Assembly (NCBI GenBank): GCA_024277375.1 | Contig: JAJRVD010000027.1 | Coordinates: forward strand, 19,063 to 83,062 | DNA: 64,000 bases | Reading direction: 5' to 3' | Source: Candidatus Omnitrophota bacterium | GTDB lineage: Bacteria > Omnitrophota > Gorgyraeia > Tantalellales > Tantalellaceae | In this document: one piece after another, positions 21,601 to 30,814 of the stretch | How positions within the stretch are numbered: position 1 is the first letter of the stretch | Layout of the letters: each line of letters starts with the position of its first letter | Program-made: the position numbers and the translations under genes | Notes under the pieces: generated by a model | The model's database searches: none | Told to the model about the DNA's origin: nothing | The model's input: only the letters and a program-made list of their open reading frames with translations

Positions 21601-24600
21601 AAGTAATGCATATTCATTAAGCTTACGGTTATGTGCCGAATTGAGACTTCCTGTCAGGATAGGAACAGAACAACCTCAGACAAGTTCGATAGTTCTTGGC
21701 CCGGGTAGTGAGGAAGCCGATATGTGGTGGGAGGAAAATGTAGTATTGAAAAACACAGAAAAGAGAAAAGTCGTATTTTTGAATCCGTATGGAGGGGAAT
21801 GGAAGGAAAAGGGATACATTTATAACGATAGGCTAGTCAAGGATATAGAAGCCCTTCTTGAAGACGGAAACTATATTGTTATATCTCCAAATGACACTCG
21901 TTGGGGTACTCGTGAAAAAATCGAAGAAATGCTGAAACTATTAGATGCAGCAAAACAAAAATACATTACTATTTCAAAGGGTCCGTCAGAGGCTGGAAAT
22001 TTAATAAAACATTGGTTATATAGGGCTGATCATATTGTCACGGTTGAGGGTGGTACCGCGCATTTGGCCTACAATTTGGGTAAAACATTTACGCTTGTCT
22101 GGAAAAGAGGCGCGGGATTACTACATGATATCCCGCCTATGTGCGATCTTGGTCAGGAGTTAATCCCGATAGGAGGTAAACCGCAGGATATAGTGGATGC
22201 TGTTAAAAGAGCTTTTGAGAGTGACGATGAAGGCTCAAAAGTTACTAGTATCGGAACCGGAATTTTGCGAAAAACAAAAACAGTACTATCCGGTCTTTTG
22301 GTCTTTCTTGCCGGATCTTCAGCTTTGCAAATACTTTTGGCGGGCGATCTCTTCGCGGCGACGCCGGATGCGATTATGCAGGCTACTGCGACGCCGTGGG
22401 GCTGGATTGCAGTAGTGGTGGTTGCGGGTTTTATTGTGTATAGGTATTTTGCGATGTCTGCAGAAAGAATGGGTACAAAAGTTATTCCATTGGGAATAGC
22501 AGGTTTGATCTTTATGGGGGTTCAATGTAGCTATGCAGCCGCGTTGTCTCCACGTGAGGGTAAAACAAAAATATTAGTTTCATCTGCTGAGTTTCAGGAA
22601 AAACAGCAGCAGATCCGAGAAATGATAAAAGGGCTTGCGGATAGCGAAGAACATCTTTCAGGGAAAGAAAGGGAGTTGCTTGAAGGAATATTAAGTCTTA
22701 TCGAGGATGGAGATATCAAGATTAAATATGATCCTGAAAGGAATTATGCGTATGCCGATAAAGAGAATAAAGAAGTCGGGTTGCCTGAGAGTAGCTTCAT
22801 GGACAGGTATCGATTGGCGAGTGCCATAATTCATGAATTATTACATCAGCTATGCGCGAAACGTAATATCGATTTTTCAGATAAGATTAAAACGAGTGGG
22901 TTTAATGATTCAAATGATTATTGGCAATGGCTTGATCCCGGGGAGGAAGGATGGGTGCTCCGAAATACCATGATGATCATGAATCAAATCCCGATGGAAG
23001 CATTAGGCCTGAAACTGCTACTTGCGGAAGTCCCAAATCAAGAATCTTTCAATACTCAGATATTGACATATGATAACGAACCCATTACGAATGTTGACAG
23101 AATTATAGAATTGGCAAAAGATCCGGAAATGGTTATGGAAAAAAGAAGATTTCTGGTGAAGTTGTTACCTCTCATAAGCCTTAATATCGCGGAAAAAGTC
23201 GGAAACACCGGGATCATAAGGCCAGTTGACGCGGAAACCTCAAAAGAGGCAGAAGAGGCTTTGCTGGCTTTGAAAAAGTATTATGAGAGCGAACAAAATA
23301 TATTAGCAACGAAACATAAAATCCTGAAAAACAATAAGAAGAGACCCAAGCTGGTTAATGGGGCGGTCCGTCTGTCCTGGAAAGATCCCTCCAAGCTAAC
23401 ATCAGAAGATAAAGATCTCGTTGAATGGTGGTCAAATGTTAAATTGCTGGAAACGATAGAGCTATCAAGAAGGATGCTTAACGAGAGCAAGGTAAGTGTA
23501 GATAAAAAGTTAGATGAGTTTACTGTCCTAATAGTGGATGGGATCAAGCGTGAAATGAAGGTATCTGATTTGAGAATAGGGATGGCACGTATGTTGTATG
23601 GGAGTGAAGAAAAACTCGTAAAAGATGTCTTGAGGGAGTTGAAGCCTTGGGAAATCGACCTGATCGTGTATTACCAAAAAGAGATAAGGATCAAGCTAAA
23701 ACAGACTATTTCATATTATGAGGGAAGAGAGTTTGAGTTTAATAAGAACAACTTAACGGGAGCAATTAGCACGATAATGATGTCGCTTTTGCGGGATGTC
23801 TCAAAAACCGAGTATAACAGCATTTATGATCATAATAATCGTGGCCTTAAATGGGATGACCCGGGACGGTGGCATGGGCTCACGTTTGATGATAGATGGT
23901 ATGAGATCGGCAACCTGAATGGTTTATCATATAATTACTATAACGAACATCGTAAAAATGAAACAGAGGAAGAAAAGTACAAAGCTGATAATCCAAACAG
24001 GCCGAAAAATTTCGTTAACAATAACGCGACAAAAGGGTTTCGCGTGGATATGAGGGAGACATATTTATTCATGCGCTTCTATCCTGAAGAACTAGCTAAG
24101 ATCGTTAAGAAGGACAGAGGTGTAGCCGCAAAAGTAGAATTATTGGAAGAATATATGGGCAAATTGAAGCGGAATGTTAATAAAACAGCAAAATGGAGAG
24201 GAGACAGACAAAAAAAGAAAGAGAGTGAAAAGACATCAGACGGTATCAATACACTTAAAGGAATAATGGCTTTCGCGATAGCCCTGCCGCTTGTGCAGAT
24301 GCTTTTGGCGGGCGATCTCTTCGCGGCGACACCGGGGGTGCTTGTGCCCTCGATATTTAACTCGTTTAATGTTATAGGGTTCTTGTTAACGGTGGTGTGC
24401 TTAGGTTTAGCCGGGCTTATTCTTTATTATGATACCAATGATGCGGACGAATGGGATGATATCCCAGAGAGTGAGTCGATAAGGGCCTGGCAGGTTCTCT
24501 TAGGAGGGCGTGAGTGGGAAAAGATGGGGAAAGAATTCACTGACCGCTTAGCGATCTTGACCCCACAGGAGAGTGAGAACCGAACACTTCTTTTTGAGTT

Positions 24601-27600
24601 TTTGGAGAGATTCGGAAGAAAAGATTTACTCGCCCATATCAAGAGAAAACCGGATGAATTTTTGCCTGTTCTTGAGCATTTGAGGGGTAGTGAATTCATT
24701 TCAGGATACTTTGGAGAATTACTATATAGGGTAGACCGGTCGGGGGAGAAAGAACAGGAATTGCTGGATCTTGACTTGAAGACAGAACCATTGAAGGTAT
24801 GGGAATTGATAGATATTCTCATTGAAGTTGATTCATTTCAGCAAGATCTATACGAGTTCCTGACAAAAGATACCGCATATTCGGCAATACCCGGACAACA
24901 GTATTTGCCGCTTAATGTGAATGTCGTAAATGTTGTAGGGCAGATGGTTGAAGAAACGAGAAGTGCAAATCGGGTGAATATAAGGGGCAATCTTATCGCG
25001 ATAAGCGGGCAATTCCCCGGATATTATGCCGCTATTTGCGATTCTATTCTGAGGAATCCTGCCAGGATTCTAGAATTTGACATTGCCCCGGAAGTTGTAG
25101 AAAGAAATCTAAAATTTCTTCAACCTGAAAATTCCAAAGATCATATAACCTCTTTTGAGGGGTTTGTGGCGTTTCTGAAGAGGGAAAGTAAAGTTACCGA
25201 TAATATGGGGAAATCACCCATTGGTAAAGGTGTTCTGGATATATCGAAACGTGTTTTTAAATTCTTCGGCAAGGAAATAACTCCGGTTGTTGAAAATACA
25301 TGGATCCCGGTATTTGAAGAACTTGTGATGTTTTTGGTTTTGGCGGGCGGATATTTGGGCGGGTTATTCGTTCTTTCCGCACTGCCGTATATCCTCACCA
25401 GAATTATATTTACCGCATGGCACCTGAAAAACGAAAGTGGCACCTGGTTGCAGAAAATGCTTGTGCCGGGCATCGCGTCTGTGTTTGCGCTTATACCGGT
25501 GATGGCGGTTTTGGTATTGCCGGCGGTGTCCGCAGAGTTAATGTTAGCGGCGGCATTGGCTTTGGGAACCGGAACACATGTGCTAGGAAACCGGAGAGTA
25601 CACAAAAAGCGGATGGATGCATTTAAGCGTATCTTCGAAGAGAAAAAAGAAACTCTCGTTAAACAGGTAAGTGATGAAGAATTATTGGATGAATTTATCG
25701 GATATCTAGATGTGAATGTCAAAGAACTATTCGGGATCGGATTGCTTCTTGAGATAAGAGAGTTCTCTAAGTCTATACCTTTATCCAGAGATGAACAAAC
25801 TCGTCGCGGAAGACAAAGGGCGATTCTTTTAATGGCCGGGTTGAATGTCAGCGAAACGGAGTTGTACAAAGAAAATCAAAGAAAGATCGAGGAAGAACGC
25901 GTAATAGCGGAAGATCTAAATGGTATGGAAAATATTCATGATCTGATAGAGGGAAAGTTTGTTACGGTAAAACAGCTGAAAAGGGCCATAGAACTGTCCG
26001 CTGGGAACATAACCTCAGCGCTTGAAACATTAAATAAACTGAAAGACGTTATTAAAAAACACGGTATCGATGAGCTGTTTGAATTAGCCGATTTGGAGCG
26101 CGTATCCAATAATGTTCCGTGGAATTGTTTTGAATGGGTTGATTATGATTCCGCGCGAGATTTATTGGATCAATACGGCATCAAGCCATTTCTCAAAATG
26201 AGACGTTTGGGAGTAGGAGAATATTCATATCGTTCCATAGATTCTTATTCTCTGACGCTTCGGGGCATATTTAATTTGGTTAGGGACATGAGAGATGGGG
26301 ATATCAGTGAGAGATATGGGATAAGTGTTACCGGTTCTAATGTCGAGAAAATAACCATCAACATCATCAAAGAAAAGATATCGCTAAAAGGGCCGTCCAG
26401 TTTGCCTGTTAACATGTTCCCGGAAGATGAGATCGAATTTTTAGAAAAAAGTCATGAGGATACATACCGGCGTGAGAGCGAAAAAAACATGGATCGTTAT
26501 CTGAACAGGGAAAAACATAAAAAAGCGATATTGTCGTATATGCTGCTTTGCGAACGTTACGGCCCGGATAACATTAGGCGTCTTGTGCGGGATAACGTGC
26601 TGGAGAAGTGGAGCGAAAAAGTAGAGTCAATTAAAGACCAGTTGAGAGATCTAAAATCCGTGATCGACTTGCCGAGTGTCGGGATAGAACCGTTTGTTGA
26701 GTTTTCCGGAGGGAATGAAGACGGGCTTTGGCCGCTGACATTTATTGAAAAAGAAAAATGGGCACAATTTCTTACGTCGATACTAATTCAAAGAGGAGAT
26801 GTCACCGCGAAAAATAAAAGGCTCAGCGATCTTTATATCAACAATATGCTCGCTTCGGTAGGGAACAATATTGTTCCGAATGTGTCTATGATCAATGTTA
26901 TCGCGGAACTCCTTACACATAACGCGCAAAGCGGGGTACATCCCGTAGAGAGTTTTTTGCTTTCCGCGCTTGGTGAAGCGGGATTAAACAAGGGTTCAAT
27001 AGAAAAAATCTTAGAATATCTGGCGAAGAACAAAAAAAGTGAGATAAAAAGGTCGCAAATTATACGGGCCTTAGCCGGTATATATTGGGGATTTAAGTAT
27101 GAACGCTTTTCGGCGGGAACAATAGATACGCGAATGATAAACGCTATTATCGAGACGGAAGACACTCGCCGATTAAGCGCGGCGCTGAATTTTATCCCCG
27201 CGTTAATTGATCTTCTCGAGTCGGGAATACTTGCCAAAGAAGAGATCGAAACCGGGACAAGATCGGGAAATATAGTTGACAAAATCGGAGGGTTATTGAA
27301 AAGTAAGATTGAAGAAACATTTAGTATAAAGATCAGTGATACCGATTTGGAGGTACAGGCGGCTCTTTCCGACACGTATTTTCTGGCGGATTTATTCAGT
27401 TTTCGAAGAAAGTATAAGGAAGAAGACGAAAACGCCTATAAGATATTCCTGGGATTGGTCAAAGCGTATTTTGAGAACGGCAGTAAAGGTGTGAGAGAAT
27501 ATAAAAACTCAAATGAGCTTGTCAATGTACAAATCCCTGAAAGGATAAAGGAGAAAGGATTTGAACAACTTTCGCGCCTCAGGACGTTCGCGCGGTCGGG

Positions 27601-29623
27601 GGAAGGTGAAGAGATGAGTGTATTTGACCGACTATTTAAAACAACATTAAGAAATTATGATGAGCATTCTAAGGAAATGAAATTTGATCCCGGTTCGATC
27701 AGCGCGGCGTCAACGGAAGAAATAAGTAACTTTGAGAAGAGTATAGAGGAGTTTCGCGGGGGAATAAGTAACATTGAATTAAAGAAAGCTGTAGAGCATG
27801 CTATAGCGTCGGGAGATACTAATACGTTAAAGAAGTTAGAAAATCTATCACGTCCGGATAAAAAGTCACGCGGATATGCTATCGGATCGATCGAAAAATT
27901 GTACGCGATGCGGCAAGAAGGTAGCGTGGTCGAAGCGGCTATGATAATCAAGAGCCTGCGCGGTATCAAAGATATTTCCGTCGGGGAACAGGAAAAAGAG
28001 CTCAGGACATTATATTCCTCCAGCAAAGAAAAGATTGAGGAGCTTATTCCGACATTGAGGTATATCCGCGGCAAAATGCAGGCTAAAAATAAACCCGTAG
28101 CGATAATTATAGGAGGAATGATTGGTTTATTGACAGGATTGGAAAAATTCTCAACAGGAAAGAGCGATATATTATCGGAGAAGAAAATCACGGCGGAAAT
28201 AAGTTTTGACCTGAAAGAGATCTTAAAAATAGGGCGTTACGGCGCCAGCGGCGAAGGTAATTGCCAGCATAGCAATAGTCCGGGTGAGAGCAACCATAGT
28301 TTAATGAGTTTTATAGGGGACGCTCATGAACTTATTATTCTGTTTAGAGATGATGACGGTATTGTCGTAGGGCAGGCGCTGATGCACGGAGTATACCTGG
28401 AGACCGGAGATTTTGTTTATATGAAAGAGGATGTTTACACTAATGATAATTCCCTGAAAGCGTTGATGGAAACCGCGGCAAGGAGAATGGGTAAGGCAAT
28501 AGCTAATTTTTACGGAATTAAAGTTTTAGATCCAGGGGCAGTCGAGAATAAAAAGATTTTTAATAACATAAAAATACCGCCAAGTAAGGTATTTCGTTAT
28601 TTAGACTCATTGGGCGGAGAAGTGTACACGTTTATGGAATCCATGCCGCTTGAAAAACCTTTATTGGCAGGGGTAGTTGAACCTATACACATTCGGGGCG
28701 GACGGGAAAGTAGCTATAGATTGTCTCCCATCGGCGGGATGTTGAGTGCGGATCAGCTGATCGCCCGTGCACAGGACCCTAAGATTTCTGCCGCGGAATT
28801 GGTCGGAAATCTGAAGCTGACCGGATTAGATCAAGCACATGTGGTTCAGGAGGCTTTGGCTGATCCGGAATATGCCGACAAGCTCAAAGAATTTAACAGG
28901 TTGCTTGCCAGGGCTCTGGGGGGAACCGAACTTGTCGAAAAGGCGAAAAGGGAGGAGAGGGAAGAAGCGATCGAAGATCGGCAGGCGGTGACGGTGGAGG
29001 TATTTGGGGAGGTTAACAGGAAAACCGATACGGTGAGAGCGGTTATAGGTGTTCCCAAAGGCATGCCGCAGAAAGTACTGCAGAAAATGCTTCGTGAAGT
29101 TAACAGAGGCCTTGCCAAAAATGGGTTTGGAGAGAGAAACGATACGCATCAGGTCATAGTGTTTGAAATGGATGCTGACAATAAAGATTTAACGGAAAGT
29201 AACCAGGCCGCGGCAGTAGAAAAAGCCCGGAAAGATCTATCCAAAAAAGGAATGATCGTTCTTTTTTCGCCCGAGACGGACAAGTTGCCGCTTGCGGAAC
29301 TCACGGTTGAAAAGTACAAGGATCAAGAAAATATTACTATTATCAGAGATGCTTATTCAGATTCCAAGCCGCAAGAAAAACAGTTCCTTGATGTTGATGT
29401 AAGGGCGGCACTCGCTAGGCATATAGCTTTTTATTATAACGGCAGTGATCAAGCATCCGCGATAAGCGCGATAAATGCTTTGATGAGGCAGATATCCGAT
29501 GAGCATAAGGACATATCGGATATAAACGAACTATTGGCCATGGTTGTTAGAATAAGGCCGATCGATTATGGGGAAATAACGCAGTGGGCCGAAGCGCAGA
29601 TAGCGACGGCAACGTCGCTGTAA
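18650..29623 (+). CDS. Giant multidomain membrane protein 2 (3657 aa): signal peptide, QDAHCN N-terminal domain, GT9-like domain, HExxH domain, CPBP-like TM module
   Basis: Uninterrupted 11-kb ORF; IHIQDAHCNYAAQ..TGGFHT; GMGDQ..PLVQALK..ADHIVTVEGGTAHLA; AIIHELLH; true start may be about 18755 (MTGKGIASL). Confidence 0.85.
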   Translation: MQAMKLSLRRGAKSKGDSLFLAKKRLSPLLRCSLVMTGKGIASLVTLIAFVLNILGAEVISIKAYAAISPEIASTNPAEYNFLNVDSFTLPKYLGTIKDLWKSASGRDTVIHIQDAHCNYAAQDTIAKMIERIDSEYDIDVINLEGGAEDYDLSLFTDIEDKGVRQKVVDYFMKLGMVSGAESFVLNNQDKAKLWGVEDVDLYFDNLSAYRNSLEYKEEVDGYLKMLSRLLNELKINVYSNELLEFDLKYSAYKAGNLAFRDYVIYIRDKAAKCAIDMEEFENIALLSESLELEGKIDFKKANRERDMLIEELRRMVSKNELENLVLKTLQFKKKIISRKDYYTYLFEKARLVNIGLDGFGELRKYTDYISKYQTVDRSKILEEMSIIEDAIKDVLCVKDKDRTLVRLSKNFALLKNIFNVSLTKDDYVYYKTNEPAFAVKNYISFIKANDSSLRGAVPFSPLRGADLSSVIASPPKAGEAISENIYNLDRHREQISRFYEDGIKRDDAFLRNLRFQRKQGVGSREQGVVGEASSREQKTTILVTGGFHTKNLCELFKEKGISYVSIMPNFRNENGYESPYFNLLAGKKNDVAAALTSDISSLALYSDLLQNGLNNGDFTSNVKAVRRLWVSLVAAQIRKNGRNVIFGDINGRYRRYSFNSEDGDPVAGLTINGKQVYARNFGGERSLQAEAKALYEEISRDIVSFAAEREEIKSAVVRLREIFSTFPDVVISEVRNFWENEKESTGNVFRAVEFFDLMPEIMLNAKVERLKEAALSFVDRQLEHIFDRENAVAIYNEIISTDEGIPQDLLKYALYYRNLKEGKTLTDEQLALHGLSSKEDFPYSLEVDRVLKHKDDSNPKKLLLIYNAEHTSMVGMGDQISNVVPLVQALKDKYPKLDITIYTDKPFVYEAHDNVRVFSMSSPGINAEEVFDMAIDYSDSKSREEYPDKYLVQEAQISIVGDFNNLTVKAKGLPPLGIKVRNRSNAYSLSLRLCAELRLPVRIGTEQPQTSSIVLGPGSEEADMWWEENVVLKNTEKRKVVFLNPYGGEWKEKGYIYNDRLVKDIEALLEDGNYIVISPNDTRWGTREKIEEMLKLLDAAKQKYITISKGPSEAGNLIKHWLYRADHIVTVEGGTAHLAYNLGKTFTLVWKRGAGLLHDIPPMCDLGQELIPIGGKPQDIVDAVKRAFESDDEGSKVTSIGTGILRKTKTVLSGLLVFLAGSSALQILLAGDLFAATPDAIMQATATPWGWIAVVVVAGFIVYRYFAMSAERMGTKVIPLGIAGLIFMGVQCSYAAALSPREGKTKILVSSAEFQEKQQQIREMIKGLADSEEHLSGKERELLEGILSLIEDGDIKIKYDPERNYAYADKENKEVGLPESSFMDRYRLASAIIHELLHQLCAKRNIDFSDKIKTSGFNDSNDYWQWLDPGEEGWVLRNTMMIMNQIPMEALGLKLLLAEVPNQESFNTQILTYDNEPITNVDRIIELAKDPEMVMEKRRFLVKLLPLISLNIAEKVGNTGIIRPVDAETSKEAEEALLALKKYYESEQNILATKHKILKNNKKRPKLVNGAVRLSWKDPSKLTSEDKDLVEWWSNVKLLETIELSRRMLNESKVSVDKKLDEFTVLIVDGIKREMKVSDLRIGMARMLYGSEEKLVKDVLRELKPWEIDLIVYYQKEIRIKLKQTISYYEGREFEFNKNNLTGAISTIMMSLLRDVSKTEYNSIYDHNNRGLKWDDPGRWHGLTFDDRWYEIGNLNGLSYNYYNEHRKNETEEEKYKADNPNRPKNFVNNNATKGFRVDMRETYLFMRFYPEELAKIVKKDRGVAAKVELLEEYMGKLKRNVNKTAKWRGDRQKKKESEKTSDGINTLKGIMAFAIALPLVQMLLAGDLFAATPGVLVPSIFNSFNVIGFLLTVVCLGLAGLILYYDTNDADEWDDIPESESIRAWQVLLGGREWEKMGKEFTDRLAILTPQESENRTLLFEFLERFGRKDLLAHIKRKPDEFLPVLEHLRGSEFISGYFGELLYRVDRSGEKEQELLDLDLKTEPLKVWELIDILIEVDSFQQDLYEFLTKDTAYSAIPGQQYLPLNVNVVNVVGQMVEETRSANRVNIRGNLIAISGQFPGYYAAICDSILRNPARILEFDIAPEVVERNLKFLQPENSKDHITSFEGFVAFLKRESKVTDNMGKSPIGKGVLDISKRVFKFFGKEITPVVENTWIPVFEELVMFLVLAGGYLGGLFVLSALPYILTRIIFTAWHLKNESGTWLQKMLVPGIASVFALIPVMAVLVLPAVSAELMLAAALALGTGTHVLGNRRVHKKRMDAFKRIFEEKKETLVKQVSDEELLDEFIGYLDVNVKELFGIGLLLEIREFSKSIPLSRDEQTRRGRQRAILLMAGLNVSETELYKENQRKIEEERVIAEDLNGMENIHDLIEGKFVTVKQLKRAIELSAGNITSALETLNKLKDVIKKHGIDELFELADLERVSNNVPWNCFEWVDYDSARDLLDQYGIKPFLKMRRLGVGEYSYRSIDSYSLTLRGIFNLVRDMRDGDISERYGISVTGSNVEKITINIIKEKISLKGPSSLPVNMFPEDEIEFLEKSHEDTYRRESEKNMDRYLNREKHKKAILSYMLLCERYGPDNIRRLVRDNVLEKWSEKVESIKDQLRDLKSVIDLPSVGIEPFVEFSGGNEDGLWPLTFIEKEKWAQFLTSILIQRGDVTAKNKRLSDLYINNMLASVGNNIVPNVSMINVIAELLTHNAQSGVHPVESFLLSALGEAGLNKGSIEKILEYLAKNKKSEIKRSQIIRALAGIYWGFKYERFSAGTIDTRMINAIIETEDTRRLSAALNFIPALIDLLESGILAKEEIETGTRSGNIVDKIGGLLKSKIEETFSIKISDTDLEVQAALSDTYFLADLFSFRRKYKEEDENAYKIFLGLVKAYFENGSKGVREYKNSNELVNVQIPERIKEKGFEQLSRLRTFARSGEGEEMSVFDRLFKTTLRNYDEHSKEMKFDPGSISAASTEEISNFEKSIEEFRGGISNIELKKAVEHAIASGDTNTLKKLENLSRPDKKSRGYAIGSIEKLYAMRQEGSVVEAAMIIKSLRGIKDISVGEQEKELRTLYSSSKEKIEELIPTLRYIRGKMQAKNKPVAIIIGGMIGLLTGLEKFSTGKSDILSEKKITAEISFDLKEILKIGRYGASGEGNCQHSNSPGESNHSLMSFIGDAHELIILFRDDDGIVVGQALMHGVYLETGDFVYMKEDVYTNDNSLKALMETAARRMGKAIANFYGIKVLDPGAVENKKIFNNIKIPPSKVFRYLDSLGGEVYTFMESMPLEKPLLAGVVEPIHIRGGRESSYRLSPIGGMLSADQLIARAQDPKISAAELVGNLKLTGLDQAHVVQEALADPEYADKLKEFNRLLARALGGTELVEKAKREEREEAIEDRQAVTVEVFGEVNRKTDTVRAVIGVPKGMPQKVLQKMLREVNRGLAKNGFGERNDTHQVIVFEMDADNKDLTESNQAAAVEKARKDLSKKGMIVLFSPETDKLPLAELTVEKYKDQENITIIRDAYSDSKPQEKQFLDVDVRAALARHIAFYYNGSDQASAISAINALMRQISDEHKDISDINELLAMVVRIRPIDYGEITQWAEAQIATATSL

Positions 29624-29756
29624 CAGTGGATAGTTGTTAGTGAATAGAGATCCTTCGACTTCGTGCTCTTCGGGCACTCCGCTCAGGATGACAGGGGTGG
29701 AGGCATTACATAGCATCATATACTACGTGCGCTGTACGCTATACGATGTACGCAAA

Positions 29757-30653
29757 TTAGTCTGAATATCCCATCTCTCTGAGGGCGTTGGGGTCTCTTT
29801 TCCATTTCTCGGATACTTTTACCCAGAGGTCCAGGTATATGTGGGTGTCCACAAGCAGTTCTATGTCGCGCCGGGCGAGTTTACCTATTTTTTTCATCAT
29901 CTCGCCCCCTTTGCCGATGATGATCGATTTCTGGCTGGCGCGCTCGACAAAAACTGTCGCGAAGATCTTTAAAGCTTTGGTTTCTTCATCTTCGGTAATG
30001 TCGTCTACGATAACGGCAATAGAGTGGGGAACTTCTTCATGAGTGAGTATTAATATTTTTTCACGTATGATCTCCTGTATGTGGAACTGTTCACTTTTAT
30101 CCGTTAGCTGGTCTTCCGGATAGAGAGGGGGACCTTCTATGAGATATGATTTTATAACTTTGAGGAGATTGTCCAGGTCTCCCTGTTTAAGGGCGCATAG
30201 GGGCACGATCTCGTCAAACGGATACATCTTCTGAGCTTTTTCTATCAAGGGCAGAAGAATCCTTTTATTCTTCACTTTATCAACTTTGTTTATGACTAGT
30301 ATCACTATTTTGTCCCCCTTAGGATCAGGAAGACGTTTTATGATATTTTTGTCTCTTTCGTCAAAAGCTTTTCCTTTCTCTGTAACAAAAAGGACTATTT
30401 CCGATTCCATGAGAGCCGATTGTGCTCTAGAAAGCATGAGTTTTCCCAATAAGTCATGAGGTTTGTGTATGCCGGGTGTGTCAATAAACACTATCTGAGA
30501 GTTTTTATCGCTAAGAATACCGGTAATAGTGTCCCTGGTCGTTTCCGGCTTTTTAGAGATAATGGCAAGTTTTTCTCTTAAAAACCCGTTCAGCATGGTG
30601 CTTTTGCCCACGTTTGGCTGTCCTGATATGGCTACAATTCCTGATCTATACAT
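29757..30653 (-). CDS. era: GTPase Era
   Basis: GQPNVGKST, DTPG, NKVD, EEVPHS, KH domain IIIGKGG. Confidence 0.97.
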   Translation of the reverse strand: MYRSGIVAISGQPNVGKSTMLNGFLREKLAIISKKPETTRDTITGILSDKNSQIVFIDTPGIHKPHDLLGKLMLSRAQSALMESEIVLFVTEKGKAFDERDKNIIKRLPDPKGDKIVILVINKVDKVKNKRILLPLIEKAQKMYPFDEIVPLCALKQGDLDNLLKVIKSYLIEGPPLYPEDQLTDKSEQFHIQEIIREKILILTHEEVPHSIAVIVDDITEDEETKALKIFATVFVERASQKSIIIGKGGEMMKKIGKLARRDIELLVDTHIYLDLWVKVSEKWKRDPNALREMGYSD

Positions 30654-30814
30654 AGTGGGATGATTATAACATAAGTAAGCGGGTTATGTCCTTAAATAAA
30701 AATTTTATTGGCATTTCAGGTTTTAACCGTATAATGTAATAGTAATTCGTATGTAGCTCGTTAAAGGGACAGTCCACGCACTCACTACGTTAGTTTGGGA
30801 CAGTCCCTTTCCCG

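Noticed and set aside
22334-24330. 29-nt direct repeat as DGR template/variable repeat
   Set aside because: Short and identical, with no adenine-specific mismatches and no reverse transcriptase in the window.
29720-29755. Heptamer tandem cgctgta/cgctata/cgatgta (also about 33350) and 9-mer-like run at 32195-32240
   Set aside because: Short degenerate intergenic tandem repeats, too few units to support a function.
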